Source of the DNA: a bacterium
Lineage (GTDB): Bacteria > Zhuqueibacterota > Zhuqueibacteria > Zhuqueibacterales > Zhuqueibacteraceae
Assembly: GCA_044869275.1 (NCBI GenBank)
Contig: JBIOXB010000015.1
Coordinates: 1 to 13,861 of the forward strand
Direction: 5' to 3'
DNA: 13,861 nt
Under the pieces are notes generated by a model that ran no database searches, was not told where the DNA came from, and was given only the letters and a program-made list of their open reading frames with translations. The stretch's first letter is position 1; each line of letters starts with the position of its first letter. Both the position numbers and the translations under genes were made by a program. Positions 1 to 7,556 of this stretch are shown one piece after another.

Positions 1-184
1 AAGATGAAGATCAGGAGATAAAACCAACTGGTGCAGATACTTATTTTCAGGTCAAATCCGTTTCCTCCCCCCTCATTTGTTGCTTTCCTGTAATTCCTCT
101 CTTCTTCGCCGTCCGCACTTTGCGTGAAAATGTGTATTAGTAGCTAAACAACTGGACGTTTTTACGCAATTGAAAGGACGCAAG

Positions 185-703
185 ATGATGCGAAATCGTC
201 AGTCTTCACTTATTTTTTCGTGTGCTGTAGTGTTGGTGCTGGCAACCGGATGGTTACAGAGCGCAGCTGCGCAGGAAAATCAAAATCAACAAGTGGATCG
301 TAACTGGGGTATAGCTGCTACTTTCCAAGGCGGACAAACTTTGGTCGTCGTTCCGATATGGCTGGGCCAGCGATTTACCGTGGGGCCGATCGTGAGCGCC
401 ACTCATACCGAGAATGTCAACCTGAACATCAACGCCGGCGTGGCGACACGCTTTTATCCCACTTTGTCGCGCGTCGCGCCTTTTTGGGGTGTGGCGGCGA
501 CCGCCACGATCAACAAGCCTCAAATCGGCGGCAGCAACAGCGCGACCACGTGGACGGTGGGAGGATACTTCGGCGGGGAGTTTTTCATTAATCAGAGATT
601 CAGCCTCAGCATTCAACCGGGCGTATGGGTCATCATTCCGCCCAACAGTGGCAATATCACCATCTCCTCGGCCACATTCTTGCTGGGCTCGGTCTATTTT
701 TGA
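185..703 (+). CDS. Small outer-membrane beta-barrel protein (about 8 strands, OmpA-TM/OmpW-like size), 172 aa
   Basis: GAAAGGA RBS at 172-178 precedes ATG at 185/188. Sec signal peptide (RNR...LIFSCAVVLVLATGWLQSAAA-Q). Eight amphipathic segments (NWGIAATFQ, LVVVPIWL, FTVGPIVSATH, LNINAGVATRFY, APFWGVAATAT, WTVGGYFGGEFFI, FSLSIQPGVWV, TFLLGSVYF). The C-terminal Phe is typical of BAM substrates. Confidence 0.8.
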   Translation: MMRNRQSSLIFSCAVVLVLATGWLQSAAAQENQNQQVDRNWGIAATFQGGQTLVVVPIWLGQRFTVGPIVSATHTENVNLNINAGVATRFYPTLSRVAPFWGVAATATINKPQIGGSNSATTWTVGGYFGGEFFINQRFSLSIQPGVWVIIPPNSGNITISSATFLLGSVYF

Positions 704-720
704 TCTTCGCCACTCAATTT

Positions 721-830
721 TGACTTGTCATTCCGGAGGAATCCTTTTGAGTTCTCAAATCGAGGTCTATTCCGATCTCGTGCAGATGCTCAATAGAGAT
801 TCTTCCAGAGTGACGATTTCGAGCAAGTCA
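721..830. repeat. REP-like inverted repeat pair (GTCATTCC type) downstream of the barrel gene
   Basis: GTCATTCCGGAGGAATC (727-743) pairs imperfectly with GATTCTTCCAGAGTGAC (798-814). Outer arms are TGACTTG (721-727) and CAAGTCA (824-830). The right arm resembles the element at 10320-10414. Confidence 0.65.
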
Positions 831-929
831 TCTAATTCCTCGTTACATATTCGCCTCCTTTGATGCTTTCGCGGGTTGGGATTGCCTCGTTGTTCCCGTG
901 CCAGTGTTATACGGCCGGTCTTTCTCCGC

Positions 930-957
930 TTGCAACCTTCCTCATTTCTGCTATCTT
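930..957 (+). promoter_or_regulatory. Putative sigma70-type promoter for the amidohydrolase gene
   Basis: TTGCAA (930-935), 16 nt spacer, TATCTT (952-957), with an extended -10 TG at 949-950. It lies about 100 nt upstream of the 1060 start. Motif match only. Confidence 0.35.
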
Positions 958-1059
958 TGTAAAACTGCTTGCGCTGTCATTGTATCCGCTACTTGCTTAT
1001 TTCTTTGCGCCAAAAAACTCACTTGTTTAAAACGTTTCATCTGTGTAAGGAGGAGCATT

Positions 1060-4000
1060 ATGCGCTTGCGCAAAGTCTTCATCTTGATGGTGATCTACTT
1101 TATCTTTCCTCTCATCCTCCTCGTGCAGAGCCAACCTGCAGCCAAAATCGACAGCGTTAAAACCGACGACAAAAAATCAGTAAAAAAAGACTGGGACATC
1201 ACCGCGCCGCACGGGCCGACCCAGGAAATCGAATTCACCACGGAGGAAGGCACGTGGATGAATCTCGACGCCAGCCCGGACGGCAAAGAAATTGCGTTCG
1301 ATCTATTGGGTGACATTTATATCATGTCCGTTACGGGCGGCGAGGCAAAGCTGCTTGCGGGCGGCCCGGCCTTCGAAGTGCAGCCGCGCTTCAGTCCCGA
1401 CGGCAAAAAAATCAGCTTTACCAGCGATCGTGCGGGCGGCGACAATATTTGGATGATGAATCGTGATGGCTCCAAGCCCGAGCAAATCACCAAGGAAGAT
1501 TTTCGCCTGCTCAACAACGCGGTGTGGACGCCGGACGGAGAGTATCTCATTGCCCGCAAGCATTTCACCAGCACACGCTCGCTCGGCGCAGGTGAAATGT
1601 GGCTGTATCACATTTCCGGCGGAGAGGGTTTGCAGCTCACCAAGCGCAAAAACGATCAACAAGACGTGGGCGAGCCTTGTGTTTCTCCCGATGGCCGTTA
1701 TGTTTATTTTAGCGAAGACATGAGCCCCGGCGGCTCTTTTCAGTACAACAAGGATCCCAATGGGCAGATCTATGTCATTCGGCGGCTCGACCGCGAAACC
1801 GGAAAATTGCGCGACTATATCTCCGGCCCAGGCGGTGCCGTTCGACCACAGATTTCTCCGGACGGCAAATACCTCGCTTTCGTGCGGCGCGTGCGACTGA
1901 AAAGCGTGCTCTATCTGCACGAACTCGCCACCGGCGAGGAATGGCCGGTTTATGACAAACTCGACAAAGATCAGCAAGAAACCTGGGCGACGTTTGGCGT
2001 GTACCCGAATTATGCCTGGACTCCCGACAACCAGCATCTGGTGATTTGGGCGCAAGGGAAAATCTGGAAAATCGCGGTTGCGAGCAAGCAGGCTTCGCCC
2101 ATTCCCTTCACCGCCACCGTGAAACAAACTTTGACCGAAGCTTTGCATTTTCCACAAACGGCATTCACCGATTCTTTTGAGGTGAAAATGATTCGCGACC
2201 CCGTCACTTCTCCCGACCCCCAGGGAAAATGGCTGGTGTTCAGCGCGGTGGGTTCGTTATGGAAGAAACAAATGCCAAACGGCAAGCCGCAACGCGTGAC
2301 CGGCAGCTCAGATTTTGAATGCTATCCCGCCTTCAGCCCGGATGGGCAATGGCTGGTGTATGCGGCATGGCAGGATACCGCGTTCGGGGCATTGTACAAG
2401 GTTCGCCTCGACGGCCGGCAGACGGTCAAATTAACCAAACGCAAAGGCTATTATCTCACGCCTTCATTTTCCAGCGACGGCCAGAGAATCGTTTATCAAC
2501 GCGACAGCGGCAACAGCATGCTCGGCTTCGCCCACGGCACCGATCCAGGACTGTATTGGATTTCTGCCACGGGCGGCGAGGAACATTTCATTCAAGAGGA
2601 GGGCTACGCACCGCGCTTCAATCGCAAAGGCGATCGTGTCTTTTTTCAAACGGGGGGAGGGTTGGACAAAAAATACAAAAGCGTGCAGCTTGACGGCGGC
2701 GAGGAGCGCACGCATTTCAATTTGAAATACGTCAATCAAGTCGTGCTCAGCCCGGACGAAGAGTGGGTGGCGTTCACGGAATTGTACAATGCCTATCTCG
2801 CGCCCTTCCCCCAAACCGGCGGAGCGATCGATCTCAACAACAGCACCAAAGCCGTGCCGGTGAAGCGCGTGACGCGCCATGCCGGCGATTATGTGCACTG
2901 GTCGGGAGACAGCAAAAGCTTGCATTGGACCATCGGTCCGGAGTACTTCACGCGTGCATTGCAGAACAGTTTTAAGTTCATCACCGGCGCGCCGGATAGC
3001 ATCGCAGGGCCAGACTCTTTAGGATTGAAAATCGGTTTCAAGCTCAAATCCGACGTTCCCACCGGCAAGGTTGCATTTGTGGGCGCGCGCCTCATCACCA
3101 TGCGCGGCGACGAAGTGATTGACAACGGCGTGCTCGTGGTCGAGGGTAATCGTATAACGGCCATTGGCAAAGCGAATGAAGTCAATGTTCCGGCAGACGC
3201 AAAGAAGGTGGAAGTGAGCGGTAGGACGATCATGCCAGGCATCATCGACGTGCATGCGCATGCCAATCATTTTTTCACGGGCTTGATGCCGCTGCAAAGC
3301 TGGGCATATTATGCCAACCTCGCTTACGGTGTGACCACGATGCATGATCCTTCCGCCACGACCGAAACGGTTTTCACGCTGGCAGAAATGGTGGCTCATG
3401 GCAAAATGTCCGGGCCTCACGTGTTTTCCACTGGCACGATTCTCTACGGCGCGGACGGCGATTTCAAGGCCGTGGTCAACAATCTCGACGAAGCGCGCTC
3501 GCATTTGCGCCGGATGAAAGCGGCGGGCGCGTTTTCAGTGAAAAGCTACAATCAGCCGCGCCGCAATCAACGCCAGCAAATTTTGCAGGCCGCGCGCGAA
3601 TTGAGCATGCTCGTCGTGCCCGAAGGCGGATCGTTCTTCTATCACAACTTGACGATGGTCATGGACGGCCATACCGGCATCGAGCACAGCATTCCGGTGG
3701 CGCCGGTTTATGGAGACGTGCGGTCCTTTTGGGGCAGCAGCCGGACTTTCTACACGCCGACATTGATCGTGGGATACGGCGGCATTTGGGGCGAGAACTA
3801 TTGGTATCAGAAAACCAATGTGTGGGAGAAAACGCGGTTGCTGCATTTCACCCCGCGGCCGCTTATTGATGCCCGGGCGCGGCGGCGCATGATGGTACCC
3901 GATGACGATTTTGGCTTCATCCAAAACGCCAAAACGGCCAATGCCCTGAGCGGCGCGGGCGTGAAAGTGAACCTCGGCGCACACGGCCAATTGCAGGGTT

Positions 4001-4371
4001 TGGGCGCGCATTGGGAATTGTGGATGCTTGTGCAAGGCGGCATGGCGCCGCTGCAAGCCCTTCGCGCCGCCACATTGAACGGCGCGGAGTACATTGGCAT
4101 GGCCAAAGAGCTCGGCTCGCTCGAAATTGGCAAGCTTGCAGATTTGATCGTAATGGATAAGAATCCGCTCGAGAACATTCAACACACCGAAGCCGTTCTT
4201 ATGGTCATGAAGAATGGACGCCTGTACGACGCCGAAACCATGAACGAAACCGGCAATCACCCGCGCGCGCGGCAGCCCTTTTATTGGGAGCACCCGAAAA
4301 CCAGCGAAGCTTTTGTGTGGAAGGGGGCGGGAATTGGATTCGGAGAGGTGCAGTACGGGTGTATGCACTGA
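1060..4371 (+). CDS. Secreted amidohydrolase-superfamily protein with N-terminal PD40/TolB-like beta-propeller repeats, 1103 aa
   Basis: Strong RBS AAGGAGGAG precedes ATG 1060; the ORF-track start at 898 adds 54 Cys-rich, non-coding-looking residues. Signal peptide MRLRKVFILMVIYFIFPLILLVQS. Many P-x-[FW]-S-P-D-G motifs (PRFSPDG, AVWTPDG, PCVSPDG, PQISPDG, PAFSPDG, PSFSSDG). C-terminal amidohydrolase signatures G-R-T-I-M-P-G-I-I-D-V-H-A-H, YGVTTMHDP, IEH, ATLNGAEYIG and GSLEIGKLADLIV. Confidence 0.92.
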   Translation: MRLRKVFILMVIYFIFPLILLVQSQPAAKIDSVKTDDKKSVKKDWDITAPHGPTQEIEFTTEEGTWMNLDASPDGKEIAFDLLGDIYIMSVTGGEAKLLAGGPAFEVQPRFSPDGKKISFTSDRAGGDNIWMMNRDGSKPEQITKEDFRLLNNAVWTPDGEYLIARKHFTSTRSLGAGEMWLYHISGGEGLQLTKRKNDQQDVGEPCVSPDGRYVYFSEDMSPGGSFQYNKDPNGQIYVIRRLDRETGKLRDYISGPGGAVRPQISPDGKYLAFVRRVRLKSVLYLHELATGEEWPVYDKLDKDQQETWATFGVYPNYAWTPDNQHLVIWAQGKIWKIAVASKQASPIPFTATVKQTLTEALHFPQTAFTDSFEVKMIRDPVTSPDPQGKWLVFSAVGSLWKKQMPNGKPQRVTGSSDFECYPAFSPDGQWLVYAAWQDTAFGALYKVRLDGRQTVKLTKRKGYYLTPSFSSDGQRIVYQRDSGNSMLGFAHGTDPGLYWISATGGEEHFIQEEGYAPRFNRKGDRVFFQTGGGLDKKYKSVQLDGGEERTHFNLKYVNQVVLSPDEEWVAFTELYNAYLAPFPQTGGAIDLNNSTKAVPVKRVTRHAGDYVHWSGDSKSLHWTIGPEYFTRALQNSFKFITGAPDSIAGPDSLGLKIGFKLKSDVPTGKVAFVGARLITMRGDEVIDNGVLVVEGNRITAIGKANEVNVPADAKKVEVSGRTIMPGIIDVHAHANHFFTGLMPLQSWAYYANLAYGVTTMHDPSATTETVFTLAEMVAHGKMSGPHVFSTGTILYGADGDFKAVVNNLDEARSHLRRMKAAGAFSVKSYNQPRRNQRQQILQAARELSMLVVPEGGSFFYHNLTMVMDGHTGIEHSIPVAPVYGDVRSFWGSSRTFYTPTLIVGYGGIWGENYWYQKTNVWEKTRLLHFTPRPLIDARARRRMMVPDDDFGFIQNAKTANALSGAGVKVNLGAHGQLQGLGAHWELWMLVQGGMAPLQALRAATLNGAEYIGMAKELGSLEIGKLADLIVMDKNPLENIQHTEAVLMVMKNGRLYDAETMNETGNHPRARQPFYWEHPKTSEAFVWKGAGIGFGEVQYGCMH

Positions 4372-4384
4372 AAAGCTAAGCGCC

Positions 4385-5872
4385 TTACTCTTCTCGCACG
4401 AATTTCACCAACGCGGCGACGGCCCGCGGGTCTTCGCTTTGTCCCAGCCAGAAAATCGCTTCTTTGCGCACCGTGGCGTTGGTGTGCTTTTCCGCGATTT
4501 CGATCAAGAGGGGAACACTCTGTTCGTGAGACAATTGCGACAGCGCAAACACGGCATGCTTCTTGATCTCGGTGTCTGCATCTTCTTGGATGGTCTCTTG
4601 CAAGCGAGCGACCGCTCGCTTTGAGGCCTTTTGTGCCAGCCAGAAAATGGCTTGTTTGCATACTTCGCGGTCGTTATGGTTGCGTGACAATTCGATCAAG
4701 GCCTCCTCGGCCTCGGTGGAATTCATTTGGCTCATGGCAAACACCGCCTGCTCGCGCACTTCTGTTGAACGATCCGTCGTCGCGGTCTTTTGCAGAATGC
4801 TCAAGGCGCGCGGCTCATTGCTCTGTCCCAACCAGAAAATTCCTTCTTTGCGCACTTCCGTGTTGGTATGATTTTGGGCAATATCGATCAGCACAGGAAC
4901 GCCCTGGTCATGGGGCAATTGCGTCAGCGCAAAAACTGTATGCTTTTGGATTTCAGTGTCCATGCCCTTGTTGATCATCTCTTGCAAAAGAGCTCCAGCC
5001 CGTTCCGATCCTTTCTGCGCCAGCCAGAAAATGGCTTCTTTGCATACTTCTCTGTCGCTCTGATTGCGCGCCAATTCTATCAACGCGTCCTCGGCTGCGG
5101 TCAGGTGCATTTGGCTCATGGCAAACACTGCCTGTTTGCGCACCTCGGTCGCACGATCGTTTCGAGCGGTTTGTTTCAAAATCCGCAAGGCCTCGGGATC
5201 GTCGATCTGCCCCAGCCAGAACGCCGCTTGCTTGCGCACCTCGTCGGCTTCGTTACTGTTTAAGGTCTCTTCCAGCAAAACTCTTCGTTTTGAAGATTGG
5301 CCGTGGAGGCCAATCGCTGAAATCAGCTCTTCTTTCATTTTGTTTGAAGCGGCTTGCCGGTAAAGCCCCTCGATCAAGATGAGGCTTTGTTCATCATCTG
5401 TTTTCTCCAGCCAGAGCAGGGGCAGGCCCTTGAAATCGACGCTCAATGAAAACGTGCTTTCTTTAATATTGGTTAGTGCGCCGCTTTTGGGATCAAAACC
5501 GAAAAAAATGCCGACTTCTTTCATGACTCTACGGTCTGATTTTGCCTGAGAGGAAGTCGAGGCTTCCAGCGGAATTTCCACGCCATAAATGAGCTCCGAC
5601 AGGCTTTTCCCCGGCCCGCGATAAATCCGGTCATTTTTGATATGCACGTTTCCAATGGTGGAGTTTTCTTCCATCTCGCGCTGGATGCTGTACCCGATCC
5701 AATATCCTTTTTGAAAACGGGATTGATTTTTCGGTTGCGCCGTAGCCCAGGCCCAGCGCTGTTTCAGCGTTTGAGAGGAATCCGCAGAGCGCACGACCTC
5801 TTGCGCCTGGAGCGATTGCATCGGCACCACCAGCAGCAGGGCGATTCCGAAAATGAATTTTGAACGCATCAT
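4385..5872 (-). CDS. Secreted HEAT-repeat (HEAT_2/PBS-lyase-like) protein, 495 aa
   Basis: AGGAGA RBS at 5874-5879. Signal peptide MMRSKFIFGIALLLVVPMQSLQA-Q. C-terminal run of 32-aa bihelical repeats E[VI]xKxA[VI]F[WA]LxQ. Convergent with the amidohydrolase, with a 13-nt gap between the stops. Confidence 0.9.
   Translation of the reverse strand: MMRSKFIFGIALLLVVPMQSLQAQEVVRSADSSQTLKQRWAWATAQPKNQSRFQKGYWIGYSIQREMEENSTIGNVHIKNDRIYRGPGKSLSELIYGVEIPLEASTSSQAKSDRRVMKEVGIFFGFDPKSGALTNIKESTFSLSVDFKGLPLLWLEKTDDEQSLILIEGLYRQAASNKMKEELISAIGLHGQSSKRRVLLEETLNSNEADEVRKQAAFWLGQIDDPEALRILKQTARNDRATEVRKQAVFAMSQMHLTAAEDALIELARNQSDREVCKEAIFWLAQKGSERAGALLQEMINKGMDTEIQKHTVFALTQLPHDQGVPVLIDIAQNHTNTEVRKEGIFWLGQSNEPRALSILQKTATTDRSTEVREQAVFAMSQMNSTEAEEALIELSRNHNDREVCKQAIFWLAQKASKRAVARLQETIQEDADTEIKKHAVFALSQLSHEQSVPLLIEIAEKHTNATVRKEAIFWLGQSEDPRAVAALVKFVREE
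4388..5242 (-). repeat. Intragenic tandem array of nine 96-bp HEAT units with a 384-bp higher-order period (ABCD-A'B'C'D'-A'')
   Basis: GCCAGCCAGAAAATGGCTT occurs at 4635 and 5019, exactly 384 nt apart. Protein units recur every 128 aa (AVFAMSQM twice; DREVCKxAIFWLAQK twice; DTEIxKHxVFALxQL twice). Confidence 0.9.
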
Positions 5873-5977
5873 GTCTCCTGGGTATTTGTTAATGAAATTA
5901 AGCGATCAGCCTTTTTAGCAAAGCTTCTGGCGTAATGGCTTAGAAGTGAGATCTCTGCAAAGCACAAAAATTAATTT

Positions 5978-6040
5978 CACGCGGATTAAAAAACCACGCA
6001 GATAGCGGCAAAACTTCCCTGTGGTTTTTTGATCCGTGTG
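5978..6040. repeat. 20-bp-stem hairpin repeat upstream of the HEAT gene
   Basis: CACGCGGATTAAAAAACCAC (5978-5997) versus GTGGTTTTTTGATCCGTGTG (6021-6040): 18/20 Watson-Crick pairs, and both mismatches are G-T on the + strand. Confidence 0.75.
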
Positions 6041-6050
6041 TGACCATTTT

Positions 6051-6080
6051 GGGCAAAACGATTGCAGCATGGTTTTGCCC
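6051..6080. repeat. Short perfect inverted repeat
   Basis: GGGCAAAAC (6051-6059) pairs with GTTTTGCCC (6072-6080) around a 12-nt loop. Confidence 0.6.
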
Positions 6081-6375
6081 TCAATCGTGTTGCCTTTTTG
6101 CTTCCGGCTTGTCCGGATTAGGGATGGCTAAAACTAAGACACAGGATGGCTACAATAAGTTGACCGCACCGTAGCAAAGCCAGCAATAAATAGTTTTGCT
6201 GATTTCCGGTGCACATGCTATTGCAGAAAAGTGAGGAAACAACTCGGTGGGACTGCCAACGTGGTGTGTTGCGTGACTCAAATCTTTGCGGCGAAACCGT
6301 GGCGACCGGTGGCAGGGGTCATATTTCGTCACGAGAACGAAACGGAATCGCGCAGTTTTTTTTACGATCCACGCC

Positions 6376-6411
6376 TTACGCATCACGTGAGCTGTAAAAC
6401 GTGATGCGTAA
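6376..6411 (-). terminator. Perfect 13-bp inverted repeat just downstream of the 72-aa gene; possible terminator or stabilising hairpin
   Basis: TTACGCATCACGT (6376-6388) pairs with ACGTGATGCGTAA (6399-6411) around a 10-nt loop, 19 nt past the TAG. There is no U-tract on the minus strand, so intrinsic termination is uncertain. Confidence 0.4.
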
Positions 6412-6430
6412 ACAAGTATGGTGGCTTTTT

Positions 6431-6649
6431 CTAAGCCTTTTGTTTTATCCGAAACATCACGCGACCGAGATAACCGCCATTATTGATTTCAGCGATGTAC
6501 ATTCCCCTCTGCATATGTGCCTGTGTTTTCAGCGTGCGCTCGGAAAGGCCTTGCAGCAGATCGTTCACTTCCCAGTCTTTTTCGCTGTCACTCAGAAGAA
6601 TCGAATCACCGTTGTCGACGATTTTTTGCAGAATTTCTTTCAAGCTCAT
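6431..6649 (-). CDS. Small hypothetical protein, 72 aa (MSLKEILQKIVDNGDS...GYLGRVMFRIKQKA)
   Basis: GGAGAA RBS (6654-6659) just upstream of ATG 6649. Natural globular composition with amphipathic helices and beta-like segments. No motif recognised. Confidence 0.75.
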   Translation of the reverse strand: MSLKEILQKIVDNGDSILLSDSEKDWEVNDLLQGLSERTLKTQAHMQRGMYIAEINNGGYLGRVMFRIKQKA

Positions 6650-6840
6650 GTGGTTCTCCGTTCTCGTATTTGAGGGTTCGTTCAATTCTTAATCTATTAG
6701 ATGGCTTAAGAATTGAATAGTTGCAAAAAAAGTAAAAAATTTTTGCATAAAGCGGCCAAGCATCGCAAAGGAAAACGCTACGGATTCTTCGCGTTTCTGC
6801 TCGCGGGATGCGCTTTTTATATCTGGCTTTGCAAGCTACG

Positions 6841-6855
6841 AAATAATCATTCTCA
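6841..6855 (-). promoter_or_regulatory. Fur-box-like 7-1-7 site
   Basis: The minus strand reads TGAGAAT-G-ATTATTT versus the consensus TGATAAT-N-ATTATCA (11/14). It lies about 190 nt upstream of the 72-aa gene, and there is no iron-related gene nearby to support it. Confidence 0.2.
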
Positions 6856-6996
6856 ACAGGTGTGCCATGCTTGTTTATGCTTGATTTAGAAGCGGGAGAG
6901 AAACTCGCTAAAGGAGCTAATCATCCGCTAGTATTACAGCAGATGTACGCAGGCGAACAGGAGGTGGCATTGAAGTAGCCTGCGGAAACTTGAGCC

Positions 6997-7401
6997 TCAT
7001 TGCCTATCGAACACCCAAACGTTATCGTGGCTGTGTTGCTTGCCACGCAACTGCTCTGCGGCCATGAAAGTTCTTCCCTCGTCTGTGATGCTGTATCGCA
7101 CGATATTCGTCGCTGGCTCACCCTCCCAATCAAATCTGCAATCAAATACAAGGGCCGTTTCTTCCCAATGTAAGCTGACATGCATTTCAATCCCCCTACG
7201 ATTCAAGATAACAACTTCTCCATTTGTCATCAAGTCAATCGAGAGCGTGTCACCATTTCCTCCCACGACATGTGTTCTCTCTAGATGGAAATGCGGCTCG
7301 TTGTGCTCGATTACAAAGACCGAGGATTCGGGCGAGGGGATCTGTAGGGAACTTCTGCTCGGGTTGAATTTCCAAGTTCCACTGAAGTCTGGTTTTGTCA
7401 T
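6997..7401 (-). CDS. Lipocalin/FABP-like cytoplasmic beta-barrel hypothetical protein, about 134 aa (alternative start 7422)
   Basis: N-terminal DFSGTWK matches the calycin G-x-W motif, followed by alternating beta-strand patterns and a C-terminal VWVFDRQ strand. No signal peptide. Confidence 0.7.
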   Translation of the reverse strand: MTKPDFSGTWKFNPSRSSLQIPSPESSVFVIEHNEPHFHLERTHVVGGNGDTLSIDLMTNGEVVILNRRGIEMHVSLHWEETALVFDCRFDWEGEPATNIVRYSITDEGRTFMAAEQLRGKQHSHDNVWVFDRQ

Positions 7402-7556
7402 AAGCAAGTCACAGTCACGCATCCCAGCGCTCTCTGTAGAAAGGTTAAAACTTCCAGATTTAATTGTTGATGGAATTTATCTCGATCGAAGCTTTCTGGA
7501 TCCTTTGCGGCGTCACCAACCGGCTCTGCAGAGAATATATGAATGCCAAATTTCCA

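Noticed and set aside
898..1059. 54-aa N-terminal extension of the amidohydrolase in the ORF track
   Set aside because: The strong RBS and signal peptide point to ATG 1060, and the extension overlaps the likely promoter.
1303..4368. Minus-strand ORFs of 284, 153, 161 and 277 aa within the amidohydrolase gene
   Set aside because: They are antisense shadows with no recognisable domains.
6046..6300. Possible c-di-GMP-I or other riboswitch (GGCAAA and GTGGGAC fragments)
   Set aside because: The order and spacing of motifs do not fit the GEMM consensus, and the orientation is opposite to the adjacent genes. An Rfam scan is needed to be definitive.
6900..7000. Possible integron attC site after the lipocalin-like gene
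   Set aside because: Only a 7-bp stem (CGCAGGC/GCCTGCG) is present, with no paired RYYYAAC/GTTRRRY boxes.
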